DNA of 64,000 nt from Bacteroidota bacterium (lineage in GTDB: Bacteria; Bacteroidota; Bacteroidia; AKYH767-A; 2013-40CM-41-45): the NCBI GenBank assembly GCA_049363815.1, contig JBMQEM010000163.1:10025-74024 (forward strand), in the 5' to 3' direction. Every line of letters begins with the position of its first letter. The stretch's first letter is position 1. The notes under the pieces were generated by a model, which saw only the letters and a program-made list of their open reading frames with translations, made no database searches and was not told the origin of the DNA. Made by a program: the position numbers and the translations under genes. Positions 40,039-49,659 of the stretch are shown piece by piece.

Positions 40039-40642
40039 AAGCCATTAATTTCTGAAAAAACAAAATGAGTAGTTCCGGTTTAAGGATCGTAGTAAAAACA
40101 AATCCGAAAATTGCTCCCCACATGTGAGCATCATGATTAACGTTGTCGCCACCTTTCTTTCCCATATAATAGCAGTAAATCAAATAAGCTACTCCAAAAA
40201 CGATCGATGGCAGACAAAGCAATCCGTAGAGACAAATTTTCTGCATTGGTTCAAGTAAAATAAATGCAAAAATGACAGCAGAAACTGCTCCGGATGCTCC
40301 AAGAGCATTATAATAAATGTTCTCTTTATTTTTCTTGAAAGTTGGTATCACTGAAGTGACCATTCCTCCAAAGTAAAGTAGAACATAATAGTATCCGGCC
40401 CGCTCATCGAAATAGGCTTCAAAATATTTTTCGATGATTCCGCCGAAGGAATACAAGACAAACATATTCACCGCAAGGTGAATAAAATCTGCATGAATAA
40501 ATCCGCTGCTGATAAACCGATACCACTGCTTATGTTTATCGATCATATACGGATTGAAGATCAGTTTATTCATATACTCGTTTTGAGAAAACGCGAGTAA
40601 ACTGATTCCAATGGTTACTACGACCAATATGGTTGATATCAT
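40022..40642 (-). CDS. Rhomboid family intramembrane serine protease
   Basis: 206 aa, 6 TM, FIHADFIHLAVNM and GASGAVSAVIFA (catalytic Ser). Its 3' end overlaps the start of gmhB by 17 nt. Confidence 0.8.
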   Translation of the reverse strand: MISTILVVVTIGISLLAFSQNEYMNKLIFNPYMIDKHKQWYRFISSGFIHADFIHLAVNMFVLYSFGGIIEKYFEAYFDERAGYYYVLLYFGGMVTSVIPTFKKNKENIYYNALGASGAVSAVIFAFILLEPMQKICLYGLLCLPSIVFGVAYLIYCYYMGKKGGDNVNHDAHMWGAIFGFVFTTILKPELLILFFQKLMAFGNVF

Positions 40643-40653
40643 TCAGGATTTAT

Positions 40654-41754
40654 TTAAACATTAAAACGGAAATGCATTACATCGCCGTCACCTACTAAAT
40701 ATTCTTTTCCTTCTATACTTAATTTTCCTGCATCTCTGCAAGCAGATTCTGATCCATAGCTAAGAAAGTCGTTATAACGGATCACTTCAGCTTTGATAAA
40801 ACCCTTTTCGAAATCAGTGTGGATCACAGCAGCTGCTTGTGGAGCCAGCATACCTTTCGTAATAGTCCATGCCCGCACTTCTTTTACTCCGGCTGTGAAG
40901 TATGTGTACAGATTCAATAACCTGTATGCAGCCTTTATCAATTTAGCAACACCTGATTCTTCAAGTCCCAGGTCGGTGAGAAATGCCTTACGGTCCTCGA
41001 AACTGTCGAGCTGTGTGATCTCTGCTTCAATGGCTGCAGCGATAACCAGTACTTCTGCATTTTCATCCTTCACTTCTTCCTTTAACAGATCAACATATTT
41101 GTTTCCTGTAACTACGGAACCTTCATCAACATTGCATACATACAATACAGGTTTCGCTGTAAGTAAAAATATATCTTCAATGAAACGTTTATCTTCAGGT
41201 GCAACAGGAGCGCTTCGAGCAGAGAGCCCTTTTTCAAGATGCGCTTTATAGATACTCAGAACTTCCATGCATTTCTTTGCATCTTTATCAGTTCCGATCT
41301 TAGCCATTTTCTCAGTACGCGCCATTTTCCGGTCTACGCTTTCGAAATCTTTTAACTGGAGTTCTGTATCGATCGTTCCTTTGTCGCGGACCGGGTTTAC
41401 AGAACCATCGACATGAACCACATTCGGATCTTCAAAGCAACGGACCACATGGATGATTGCATCGCACTCTCTGATATTACTCAGGAATTGATTTCCCAGA
41501 CCTTCCCCTCTGCTGGCTCCTTTTACTAATCCGGCGATATCAACGATCTCTATTGTTGTCGGGACTACTCTTTCCGGTTTAACTAATTTCTCTAATTCAT
41601 TCAATCGTTCATCCGGAACTGTGATCACACCAACATTCGGTTCAATCGTACAAAACGGAAAATTTGCAGCTTGCGCTTTTGCATTCGAAAGACAATTAAA
41701 TAATGTCGACTTACCAACATTCGGTAATCCGACAATACCACATTTTAAGGCCAT
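40654..41754 (-). CDS. ychF: Redox-regulated ribosome-binding ATPase YchF
   Basis: MALKCGIVGLPNVGKSTLFN, DIAGLVKGAS, C-terminal TGS-like domain. Confidence 0.93.
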   Translation of the reverse strand: MALKCGIVGLPNVGKSTLFNCLSNAKAQAANFPFCTIEPNVGVITVPDERLNELEKLVKPERVVPTTIEIVDIAGLVKGASRGEGLGNQFLSNIRECDAIIHVVRCFEDPNVVHVDGSVNPVRDKGTIDTELQLKDFESVDRKMARTEKMAKIGTDKDAKKCMEVLSIYKAHLEKGLSARSAPVAPEDKRFIEDIFLLTAKPVLYVCNVDEGSVVTGNKYVDLLKEEVKDENAEVLVIAAAIEAEITQLDSFEDRKAFLTDLGLEESGVAKLIKAAYRLLNLYTYFTAGVKEVRAWTITKGMLAPQAAAVIHTDFEKGFIKAEVIRYNDFLSYGSESACRDAGKLSIEGKEYLVGDGDVMHFRFNV

Positions 41755-41918
41755 AATACTTTAGTACTTATTTTTTTATAAACTGATTTATTTTGGTTGG
41801 TGAATTGGGTTAACCGGTTACAGGTTGATGAACAACTTTTGTTAAACTTATAAGTTACTCAACTGAATCAACCCAATAAAATTACCGCAATTTTCATTCT
41901 CCACTATCACTTCTACAT

Positions 41919-42044
41919 TATTCGTTATTCGTTATTCGTTATTCGTTATTCACTATTCACTATTCACTATTCACTATTCACTATTCACTATTCACTATTC
42001 ACTATTCGTTATTCGTTATTCACTATTCGTTATTCGCTATTCAT
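41919..42044. repeat. 18-unit heptanucleotide tandem array (TATTCGT / TATTCAC variants)
   Basis: Read directly: 4 x TATTCGT, 8 x TATTCAC, 2 x TATTCGT, then TATTCAC, TATTCGT, TATTCGC, TATTCAT. It abuts the stop codon of the DUF4835 gene. The motif is the same as at the 8432-8480 arm. Confidence 0.9.
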
Positions 42045-42976
42045 TATTTCCCCCCACCCGGTAACGTCGACGCCGAAAGTATAGTCTGATACTTCAAGGT
42101 ATTTGCTGGATCGATCTGAGACAGGATAGGAACAAGTTCGTCTTTTTCAGCAGGGAGTGCTGCAGTATAGATGTTTACTATCTCATCCGCTTTAGCAGTG
42201 AAGAACGATTGCATTAAAAATGAATTAGGTTTGTCCTGATAAACTTTGCGCAGACTCTTCAGACTTTCAGTGACCACAGCCCTTGCTTCAGGGAAGTTCT
42301 CTTCGAATTTATCCATTCCCAATCTGTGATAAGTATAAAATACTTCACGCATCGGACGGAAAGAAACATTCAGCAGATTCTCTATCAGCCAATACCTGTT
42401 ACGTGAATTTTCAAAAGCTTTCCAACCCCGGTCAGGAAGATTCTGTGCATTGTTTGCAACAGTTTGTGCTTTTGTAAAATAGACCGTTCCACCCAATGGA
42501 GAAAATGAATCATAGTCAAGACCAATGATAATGTACGCATAGTAACCAAGTACTGCTGTAAGATTTGAAGTCACACTTCCTTCATCAAACTCGATCGTTT
42601 GCTCCTGAATATATTTGAATGTAAAATCTTTATCCTGATGATTGAACATCGGTGAATTATACGAACTATGATATACCGGCCGGCGGGAAGAAACCTGAAT
42701 GTTGCCGGTAAACTCATCGGTTGAAAGTCGTTCTGAAATGGTAATTACAATTGAGCATTCAATTCTCTCCTGATTCAGGAACTCATCATTTGTCCACTTA
42801 TGGTTATTCATGAACTCACGTAGATCTGTCTGAAGTTTATCGTAAATAGTCTTATCACTTGCCTGGATCTGCGGTGTCTGAACAGATACCTGACAAATCA
42901 ATTCCTGTGAAAATAAATTATTCACACTTAAAATTGTGATCAGAAAAGACAGAAGATACTTTGACTTGGCTATCAT
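42044..42976 (-). CDS. DUF4835 family protein (labelled T9SS PorD in some annotations, as I recall)
   Basis: 310 aa with a signal peptide. It sits directly downstream of coaBC, as in many Bacteroidota. Family assignment is from memory of this synteny and sequence style. Confidence 0.6.
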   Translation of the reverse strand: MIAKSKYLLSFLITILSVNNLFSQELICQVSVQTPQIQASDKTIYDKLQTDLREFMNNHKWTNDEFLNQERIECSIVITISERLSTDEFTGNIQVSSRRPVYHSSYNSPMFNHQDKDFTFKYIQEQTIEFDEGSVTSNLTAVLGYYAYIIIGLDYDSFSPLGGTVYFTKAQTVANNAQNLPDRGWKAFENSRNRYWLIENLLNVSFRPMREVFYTYHRLGMDKFEENFPEARAVVTESLKSLRKVYQDKPNSFLMQSFFTAKADEIVNIYTAALPAEKDELVPILSQIDPANTLKYQTILSASTLPGGGK

Positions 42977-42977
42977 T

Positions 42978-44183
42978 TTACCGTTTATTTGTGATATTGG
43001 AAATAATAATTTTTACGAGATCTTTTGCAACTTCTTGTTTTGATTTTAAACTGAAGTGATGTTCGCTTCCTTTTTTATCTATAATGGTGATCTTGTTTGT
43101 ATCGTGATTGAAACCAGCACCTTCATCTTTGAGAGAATTGAGTACGATCAGATCAAGGTTTTTCTTTTTTAATTTGCCTCTTGCATTTTCAATCTCATTT
43201 TCAGTCTCCAGGGCAAAACCAACAATGAATTGATCTTTGCCTTTCTTCTCACCCATCAGAGCCAGAATATCCTGAGTGGGTATTAACGGTAAAGGCATTT
43301 CATTATTTTTCTTTTTCAGTTTTTCCGGGGCAACATCTGCAGGTTTGTAATCAGCAACTGCGGCAGACATAACGATGATATCCTTTGCAGAGAAATCAGC
43401 CATACATGCATTGAGCATTTCTTCAGCTGATTCAATATTGACTCTTTTTATTCTTGAATTGTTTACAGACAAATTACCCGGACCGCTAACTAGTAAGACT
43501 TCTGCGCCAAGTGCAGCGAGTTCTTCTGCTATGGCATATCCCATTTTACCGGAAGAGCGGTTTCCTATGAAGCGGACAGGATCGATCGCTTCGAAAGTGG
43601 GACCTGCAGTGACCAATGCTTTTTTACCTGTTAACGGCAGATCAGCATTGAAATATTTTTCAAGTACATCCAGTATCAGTTCCGGCTCTTCCATTCTGCC
43701 TTCGCCATACAGACCACTTGCTAATTCTCCTGATGTTGCTGAGATCAACTGATTGCCAAATGAAACCAGTCTTGCAATGTTCTCTTGTGTGGCAGGGTGT
43801 TTATGCATATCAAGGTCCATGGCAGGAGCAAAAAACACTTTGCATTTTGCAGAAAGATAGACCGCCAGCAGCAAATTGTCGCAAACACCATTTGCCATCT
43901 TTGAAATAGTATTTGCAGAAGCAGGAGCAATTACAAATGCATCAGCCCACAATCCTAGTTCAACATGATTACTCCATTCGCCTGTTTCCTGATTTGCGTA
44001 TTCCGAATAAACAGGATGTTTTGAAAGTGTAGATAAGGTAAGCGGAGTGATAAAATCAATTGCTGCCTTGGTCATTACCACTTTCACCTCAGCTCCTTCT
44101 TTGACCAATAGCCGCACCAGCAGAGCAGATTTATAGGCTGCTATACTTCCGGTAATTCCAAGTAGGATCTTTTTTCCTCTCAT
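42978..44183 (-). CDS. coaBC: Bifunctional phosphopantothenoylcysteine decarboxylase / phosphopantothenate-cysteine ligase
   Basis: 401 aa. N-terminal flavoprotein domain (KILLGITGSIAAYK, PASANTISKMANG) and C-terminal ligase domain (ITAGPT-like VTAGPTFEAIDPVRFIGNRSSGKMG). Confidence 0.9.
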   Translation of the reverse strand: MRGKKILLGITGSIAAYKSALLVRLLVKEGAEVKVVMTKAAIDFITPLTLSTLSKHPVYSEYANQETGEWSNHVELGLWADAFVIAPASANTISKMANGVCDNLLLAVYLSAKCKVFFAPAMDLDMHKHPATQENIARLVSFGNQLISATSGELASGLYGEGRMEEPELILDVLEKYFNADLPLTGKKALVTAGPTFEAIDPVRFIGNRSSGKMGYAIAEELAALGAEVLLVSGPGNLSVNNSRIKRVNIESAEEMLNACMADFSAKDIIVMSAAVADYKPADVAPEKLKKKNNEMPLPLIPTQDILALMGEKKGKDQFIVGFALETENEIENARGKLKKKNLDLIVLNSLKDEGAGFNHDTNKITIIDKKGSEHHFSLKSKQEVAKDLVKIIISNITNKR

Positions 44184-44259
44184 TCTTATCGAGGTATAAA
44201 AATGAAAAAATCCAAAACTCCAGGGTCTTGGATTGTTTCAATCTTTAAATGAACGACAA

Positions 44260-44589
44260 TTATTTTTCGCTTTGATTTTCTTTCGAAGGATTGCGGAAAT
44301 AAATTTTATCTTCATTGAATTCCTGAATGGCAATCAAAGTCGGCTTAGGAAGTCTTTCATAGTATTTTGAAATTTCGATCTGTTCGCGGTTTTCAAACAC
44401 TTCTTCCAGATTGTCAGTTGTAGAATTGAATTCTGATAATTTAGCATTCAGTTCTTCTTTCATTTCAGTCGAAATCTGGTTTGCACGCTTTGCGATCACT
44501 ACCAGTGATTCATAAACGTTTCCTGTTTTCTTATCGTATTCAGGAACATTTCTCGTGATAGTAGTAGTAACTTCTGATTTATAGCTCAT
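44260..44589 (-). CDS. rpoZ: DNA-directed RNA polymerase subunit omega (Bacteroidota type)
   Basis: 109 aa with NVYESLVVIAKRANQI. Located between bamD and coaBC, as is usual in the phylum. Confidence 0.72.
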   Translation of the reverse strand: MSYKSEVTTTITRNVPEYDKKTGNVYESLVVIAKRANQISTEMKEELNAKLSEFNSTTDNLEEVFENREQIEISKYYERLPKPTLIAIQEFNEDKIYFRNPSKENQSEK

Positions 44590-44607
44590 GAGTATATATT
44601 TGTAAAA

Positions 44608-45420
44608 TTATTGTATTTGATTTTTATTGAATTTATCGATCCGCTTTTTTGTCGTTTCGAAATAATCCAGTGCTTTGTTCTTGTATTTGCTTTCAGGATA
44701 TGCTGCATTGAATTCACCATATGCAACCAGCGTTTCACCATAACGTTCCATCAATTTCGATTCAATGCTATTCTCTGCAAGGAGATAGGATGAGCGAAGG
44801 ATCTTGTACAGTGCTTCTTCTCTGTATTTAGTTGAAGGGAAATCGTTGATCAGATTCTTATACGTTGTGATAGCAGACTTGTAGGACGCAACATTGTAGT
44901 ACAATTCTGCATATTGAAATTCTTTCTCTTCAAGTTTCTCGCGAAGCTGATCGATGAGTTTATTGCACTCCTCTACTTTTTTACTCTGCGGATACCGGTC
45001 AGCGAACAATTGTAATTCATTGATTGCTTTGTAAGTGTTAGTCTGATCCAGTGAATACAATGGTGAACTCTGGTAATAACAATACGCATGCATAAATGCA
45101 CATTCTTCGGCAAACTCACTGTTGGGATATGTCTTTGCGAAATTCTCAAAATCATAAGCTGCCGTTTCGTAATCTCCTATCCTGTAATTGGTGTATGAAT
45201 AGTAGTAATATGTTTGTTCAGCCTTCTTTGTTCCCCGGTAAACAGTGATCAATTCTTCAAACAACGGCAAAGCCTTGAAATAATCGCCTTTGTTGTATAG
45301 TTTGATGGCATACTCACTCTTTGCTTCCATATCCCGCGTTTTCAGCATTTTGGAATAATCGCTGCACGAAGTCATGGATAAAAGGAACAGAAAAAAGACC
45401 GGGAGAACTCTGATTTTCAT
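44608..45420 (-). CDS. bamD: Outer membrane protein assembly factor BamD
   Basis: 270 aa, lipobox LSMTSC, TPR-like repeats (YNKGDYFKALPLFEEL, YRIGDYETAAYDFENF). Confidence 0.85.
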   Translation of the reverse strand: MKIRVLPVFFLFLLSMTSCSDYSKMLKTRDMEAKSEYAIKLYNKGDYFKALPLFEELITVYRGTKKAEQTYYYYSYTNYRIGDYETAAYDFENFAKTYPNSEFAEECAFMHAYCYYQSSPLYSLDQTNTYKAINELQLFADRYPQSKKVEECNKLIDQLREKLEEKEFQYAELYYNVASYKSAITTYKNLINDFPSTKYREEALYKILRSSYLLAENSIESKLMERYGETLVAYGEFNAAYPESKYKNKALDYFETTKKRIDKFNKNQIQ

Positions 45421-45600
45421 AAGTCTGCGAAGATAGTTTTTTATATTGAAAATTGAAAGCTGAAATCTGCTTTTTCAGGCAGATCCTGCACTTTTTGAAT
45501 TAACGACTTTTTTAGCAAAAAACGGCCTAATTTTGTGAATATAAGGGTTTTTGGACTTTACTGATCAATCGACTGCCGGTAAATTTTATCACTTACATTC

Positions 45601-45671
45601 AAAAGAGAAACCGACAGCCAGAAATGGTTGTGGTGCCGTCTGCACCCCAACCAAAAAGCTATCGGTTTCTC
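45601..45671 (-). terminator. Long compound hairpin terminator after the 793-aa T9SS gene
   Basis: Outer stem gagaaaccgacag / ctatcggtttctc (one mismatch). Inner stem ggttgtggtgc / gcaccccaacc (one mismatch). TTTT follows on the minus strand. Confidence 0.6.
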
Positions 45672-45684
45672 CGGGTAAAATATT

Positions 45685-48066
45685 TTACTGTTTTACAATT
45701 TTCTGTACCGATTGTTCATTTCCTCCGGAAACTTCAAGAATATAAATTCCCGCTGGCAATTCTGAACCGATCTGAATTGATCCTTTTGATGCAAGCAAGA
45801 TTTTTTCCTTGACAATATTCCCAAGAATATCTCTTATAATTAATTTAGTTGAACCACTATAAGTACTTAGAAAATAGTCAATTGTGATAGCATTATTAAA
45901 TGGATTTGGATATGCATTTATTGAGGTCTTCACCGATTTATCCTGCACTGAATTGATCAGCTGGCCGGTGATTTCAAATTTATCAAAAGCACCTTCCACT
46001 ATATTTCCCGGTGAAGTATCCTCCACTTCTATTGAAACAGACATTGTCGCTGTAACGGGCAAAAGTGAACTTAAAAGAACTGAATGCTGAACCCAGCTTC
46101 CGTTTGATCCATCATTAGGTCCAACCGTTTCAACTCTTGCAGTCATTGAACCGTTGTTTACTGAAATTCTCATCGTATCATTCGGTGATCCTGTACCGTT
46201 TATACAAAGGTATCTGCGGTAATAACTAAGAGTTGGCGCCTGATAGATTGTACCATCAAAAACAGGTGAAGTCAAAATCGTATTTCCATTGTCAACATCA
46301 GAGCCATTGTAAGGAGCTCCGTCGTTATCAGTAATGAAACAAGTATCACTGCAATCCGAATTTACATCGAAATCAGGATTGATCTCTGTCGAACTTCCAT
46401 CGTATGTTCCAACCGGCTCTCCTCGTTCCCAAGCATTACCGGAAGATCCGTTTACTGTCCATCCATTATCAAATGAAAAATCATCATAATATCCGGGAGC
46501 AATCGTTGCAAGAATAGGGTTTCCGACAACAAGTGTTTGAGTTGAACAACTTGTTCTGTATCCCCACTTACCTGCGTAAACTGTATAATCATCGGGAACA
46601 ACAGCAGGGAAATTGAAAACTCCGCTAATATCTGTTGAAGCAGAATACTTAAGTCCGTTTATTGAGGTTATCGAAACGAATGCATCCGGTACACTCAATC
46701 CTGTAAGACTGTCTAACACTGTTCCACTAAAGGCAAAAGTCTGGAAAGGACTTAATGCAACATCAAGCGTAGTCAACACGCCATTGGTAAGAACAACACC
46801 TGTAATCGTTTTTGTATAATACCCTGCTTTCGAAATACGAATATCATAAGTGCCGGCAACAGCAGTTCCTGTTTTATATTCACCAAGATTATTGGAATTT
46901 TTTGTCAGTGTAGTTGAAAGCACTTCGATCAATGCTCCATTTATAACTGCATTGGTAATTGAATCTGTAATGATTCCTTCCAGATAACACCCTCTGATGT
47001 ATGTTGGAGTAAGTACGAAGAGTCCGTTATTGATATCTGAAGCGACTATCGTTCCTGACGGTAGGAATGGATAAACGCCCCAGCAACCTGCAAACCCATC
47101 GCCGGATCCCTGGGAATAGGTATCGTAATGTCCGACCTCTATCGGATTCTGCGGACGGGCAACATCTGTAATGACAACACCTTCTTTGTACCAGCTAGTA
47201 ATTGCATAATCGTTCAGGATATGAGTATTATGAATAATTACTCCAGTTCCCGGTGCCGTTTGAAAACGAGCACTTTCCCTGATATTCCCAAGATCAGAAA
47301 TATCATAGATCCCAAGAAAACTGCCTGAGTTCTCATCTGTAGTAAAGAGCGTTTTATGATCGTCACTCAACCATGTATTGTGGGTAAAATTGGTAGGAGT
47401 TTGTTGTGTTGCGAGTAAAATCGGATTCGATTTATTGGTCACATCTACAACAGTAAAAAATCCTGAATAGATATGCGACTCATACATTGTATCATTTTCA
47501 ACATAACCATCATGAACGTAATTATCACTTTGACTTCCGGCATATACATATTGTCCTGCATAAGTTGGATTCAATGGATCAGAAAGGTCTAAGAAAAGTG
47601 TGTTCCCGTCACCAATATTGCTTCCATACAAATACAAAAAGCCCATTGCTGTATCACAATGCAATGCATGAATGCTGCTGAGTTGTCCTGCGATTGCCCC
47701 ATCGCCTGTATATAGAGTAGTGTTAACTGAAGCAGGAAGATTTGTCATATCAATTACTTGTAATCCGCCACCACCTTCTGTAGTGACATAAGCAACATTT
47801 CTATAAGTCTTCACTTCTCTCCAACTTGAATTGGGGCCGTTAACAGTTACCTTGATCACAGGGTTATCCGGATCAGTGACATCAACAATTGACAGGCCGA
47901 AATCGGTTCCGACAAGAGCGTATTCATTTCCTAACAGATCGGTATAACCACCAATGTTGGCAAGTTCACTTCCGCTATAAGGTAAATTGGACCGGAATTG
48001 GAGATTTTGAGCCGAGCCATTCAGAATCGTCGTAAAAAGTCCAATAAGTAATAATTTAAATTTCAT
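45685..48066 (-). CDS. LVIVD-repeat / choice-of-anchor-B-like surface protein, long paralogue, T9SS CTD
   Basis: 793 aa. GNEYALVGTDFGLSIVDVTDPDNP, HNTWLSDDHKTLFTTDE and CYLEGIITDSITN are clearly homologous to 11243..12826. It has a second CarboxypepD_reg-like module and an extra ~200-aa domain. C-terminal AYPNPFNNAITIDY...AGIYILEV. Confidence 0.75.
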   Translation of the reverse strand: MKFKLLLIGLFTTILNGSAQNLQFRSNLPYSGSELANIGGYTDLLGNEYALVGTDFGLSIVDVTDPDNPVIKVTVNGPNSSWREVKTYRNVAYVTTEGGGGLQVIDMTNLPASVNTTLYTGDGAIAGQLSSIHALHCDTAMGFLYLYGSNIGDGNTLFLDLSDPLNPTYAGQYVYAGSQSDNYVHDGYVENDTMYESHIYSGFFTVVDVTNKSNPILLATQQTPTNFTHNTWLSDDHKTLFTTDENSGSFLGIYDISDLGNIRESARFQTAPGTGVIIHNTHILNDYAITSWYKEGVVITDVARPQNPIEVGHYDTYSQGSGDGFAGCWGVYPFLPSGTIVASDINNGLFVLTPTYIRGCYLEGIITDSITNAVINGALIEVLSTTLTKNSNNLGEYKTGTAVAGTYDIRISKAGYYTKTITGVVLTNGVLTTLDVALSPFQTFAFSGTVLDSLTGLSVPDAFVSITSINGLKYSASTDISGVFNFPAVVPDDYTVYAGKWGYRTSCSTQTLVVGNPILATIAPGYYDDFSFDNGWTVNGSSGNAWERGEPVGTYDGSSTEINPDFDVNSDCSDTCFITDNDGAPYNGSDVDNGNTILTSPVFDGTIYQAPTLSYYRRYLCINGTGSPNDTMRISVNNGSMTARVETVGPNDGSNGSWVQHSVLLSSLLPVTATMSVSIEVEDTSPGNIVEGAFDKFEITGQLINSVQDKSVKTSINAYPNPFNNAITIDYFLSTYSGSTKLIIRDILGNIVKEKILLASKGSIQIGSELPAGIYILEVSGGNEQSVQKIVKQ

Positions 48067-48245
48067 GGAGAATTGGGTTTTGGAGCGCCAAATGTGTACT
48101 TATTTTATGAATTTTTAATGTTTTTAGCCTATTTTTTGATCGTCAGCCATTAAAAAATGACACTATTCGGAAAAGGGGTGAAAAACCTGAATCTAATGAA
48201 CAATTACCTGTGGGAAAATATTCTTGGTTTTTAATTCAAAATAGT

Positions 48246-48253
48246 TACTTTTG
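48246..48253 (+). promoter_or_regulatory. Candidate -7 box (TACTTTTG) about 100 nt upstream of the AOS-family gene
   Basis: Perfect TAnnTTTG. The coding start (GTG) is at 48353. Confidence 0.35.
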
Positions 48254-48352
48254 CCTTGAACAGGAGCTAAAACGAAGCATTTTTGACGATTGCAGAAAAG
48301 TTGATTTTTAGAAATGCCTGATCATTTCATCAATTATTAAATTTATACGAAA

Positions 48353-49594
48353 GTGGATTTATTCGAAAAATTAAAGAAGAACCGTGGTCCGATCGGACAA
48401 CATGCAAAAGACTCACATGGCTATTTTACTTTTCCAAAACTGGAAGGTGACATTGGCACTCGCATGGTTTTTCGCGGTAAAGAGCGTTTGATCTGGTCTT
48501 TGAATAATTATTTAGGATTAGCAAATCATCCTGAAGTCAGAAAAGCTGATAATGAAGGAGCAGTAAAATTTGGTTTTGCTTCACCGATGGGTGCCCGCAT
48601 GATGTCAGGTAATACGAATCAACATGAGCAACTTGAAAATGAACTTTCCTCTTTTATGGGTAAAGAAGATACCATTCTTCTGAACTTTGGTTATCAGGGG
48701 ATGGTTTCTGCAATTGATTGTCTGGTTGATCGTCATGATGTAATTGTTTATGACAGTGAAAGCCATGCATGTATCATTGATGGTGTTCGTTTACATATGG
48801 GAAAACGATTTGTATTCCCGCATAATGATATTGCCAATTGTGAAAAACAACTTGAAAGAGCAACACGTATCGTTGAAGAATCAGGCGGGTCGATCTTATT
48901 GATCACTGAAGGTGTTTTTGGAATGAGTGGAGATATGGGTCGTTTGAAAGATATCGTTGAACTGAAGAAAAAATTCCAGTTCCGTTTATTTGTAGATGAT
49001 GCACACGGTTTTGGAACGATGGGAAAAACAGGTTCCGGTACAGGTGAAGAACAAGGAGTAAATGATGAGATCGATATCTACTTCGGTACTTTTGCAAAAA
49101 GTATGGCCATGATCGGTGGATTTATTTCCAGCCGTGAAGACATCGTTGAATATCTCCGTTATAATATGCGGTCTCAGATCTTTGCGAAATCAATGCCATC
49201 AGCTTTGGTGATCGGTGCTCTGAAACGTCTTGAATTACTTCGTTCGAAACCGGAACTGAAAGATAATCTCTGGAAGATCGTCAATGCATTACAGTCAGGT
49301 CTGAAAGATGCCGGATTTAATATTGGTAAAACACAATCACCCGTTACTCCTGTTTTCATGAACGGAACAATTGGTGAGGCTACCAATCTTATCTACGACA
49401 TGCGTGAGAACTATGATATCTTCTGTTCAATGGTCGTTTATCCTGTTGTACCGAAAGGTATTATCATCCTTCGTCTGATCCCTACTTCCGTTCATACGCT
49501 GGAAGATGTAAATTATACGATCGATGCTTTCAGAAAAGCTTATGTTAAACTGAAAGCCGGCGAATATGCTTCGGATAAGATAGCGGCATTTTAA
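48353..49594 (+). CDS. Alpha-oxoamine synthase family PLP enzyme (Kbl/BioF/serine palmitoyltransferase-like)
   Basis: 413 aa, GTG start. NNYLGLANHPEV, DDAHGFG, GTFAKS (PLP Lys). The Bacteroidota-type N-terminus MDLFEKLKKN supports the GTG start. Confidence 0.8.
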   Translation: MDLFEKLKKNRGPIGQHAKDSHGYFTFPKLEGDIGTRMVFRGKERLIWSLNNYLGLANHPEVRKADNEGAVKFGFASPMGARMMSGNTNQHEQLENELSSFMGKEDTILLNFGYQGMVSAIDCLVDRHDVIVYDSESHACIIDGVRLHMGKRFVFPHNDIANCEKQLERATRIVEESGGSILLITEGVFGMSGDMGRLKDIVELKKKFQFRLFVDDAHGFGTMGKTGSGTGEEQGVNDEIDIYFGTFAKSMAMIGGFISSREDIVEYLRYNMRSQIFAKSMPSALVIGALKRLELLRSKPELKDNLWKIVNALQSGLKDAGFNIGKTQSPVTPVFMNGTIGEATNLIYDMRENYDIFCSMVVYPVVPKGIIILRLIPTSVHTLEDVNYTIDAFRKAYVKLKAGEYASDKIAAF

Positions 49595-49659
49595 GACACA
49601 CCTGAAGTTGATTTTAACAAACAAACCCTCCATAAACTAACACTTTAAAAACAAACACA

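Noticed and set aside
40793-41251. 152-aa ORF antisense to ychF. Similar long antisense ORFs lie inside ftsY (2472..2900), the thiolase gene (22404..22739), the MATE gene (34964..35314), coaBC (43375..43752), lptF/G (56580..57011) and ribBA (59054..59467).
   Set aside because: Each lies wholly inside a confidently recognised gene on the other strand. Their translations are low-complexity (Ser/Ala/Pro/Ile-rich) with no motifs, which is typical of shadow ORFs.
45551-45812. Two overlapping small ORFs (64 and 62 aa) between bamD and the 793-aa gene.
   Set aside because: They run through the compound terminator hairpin and into the antisense of the 793-aa gene's CTD. Their sequences are not protein-like.
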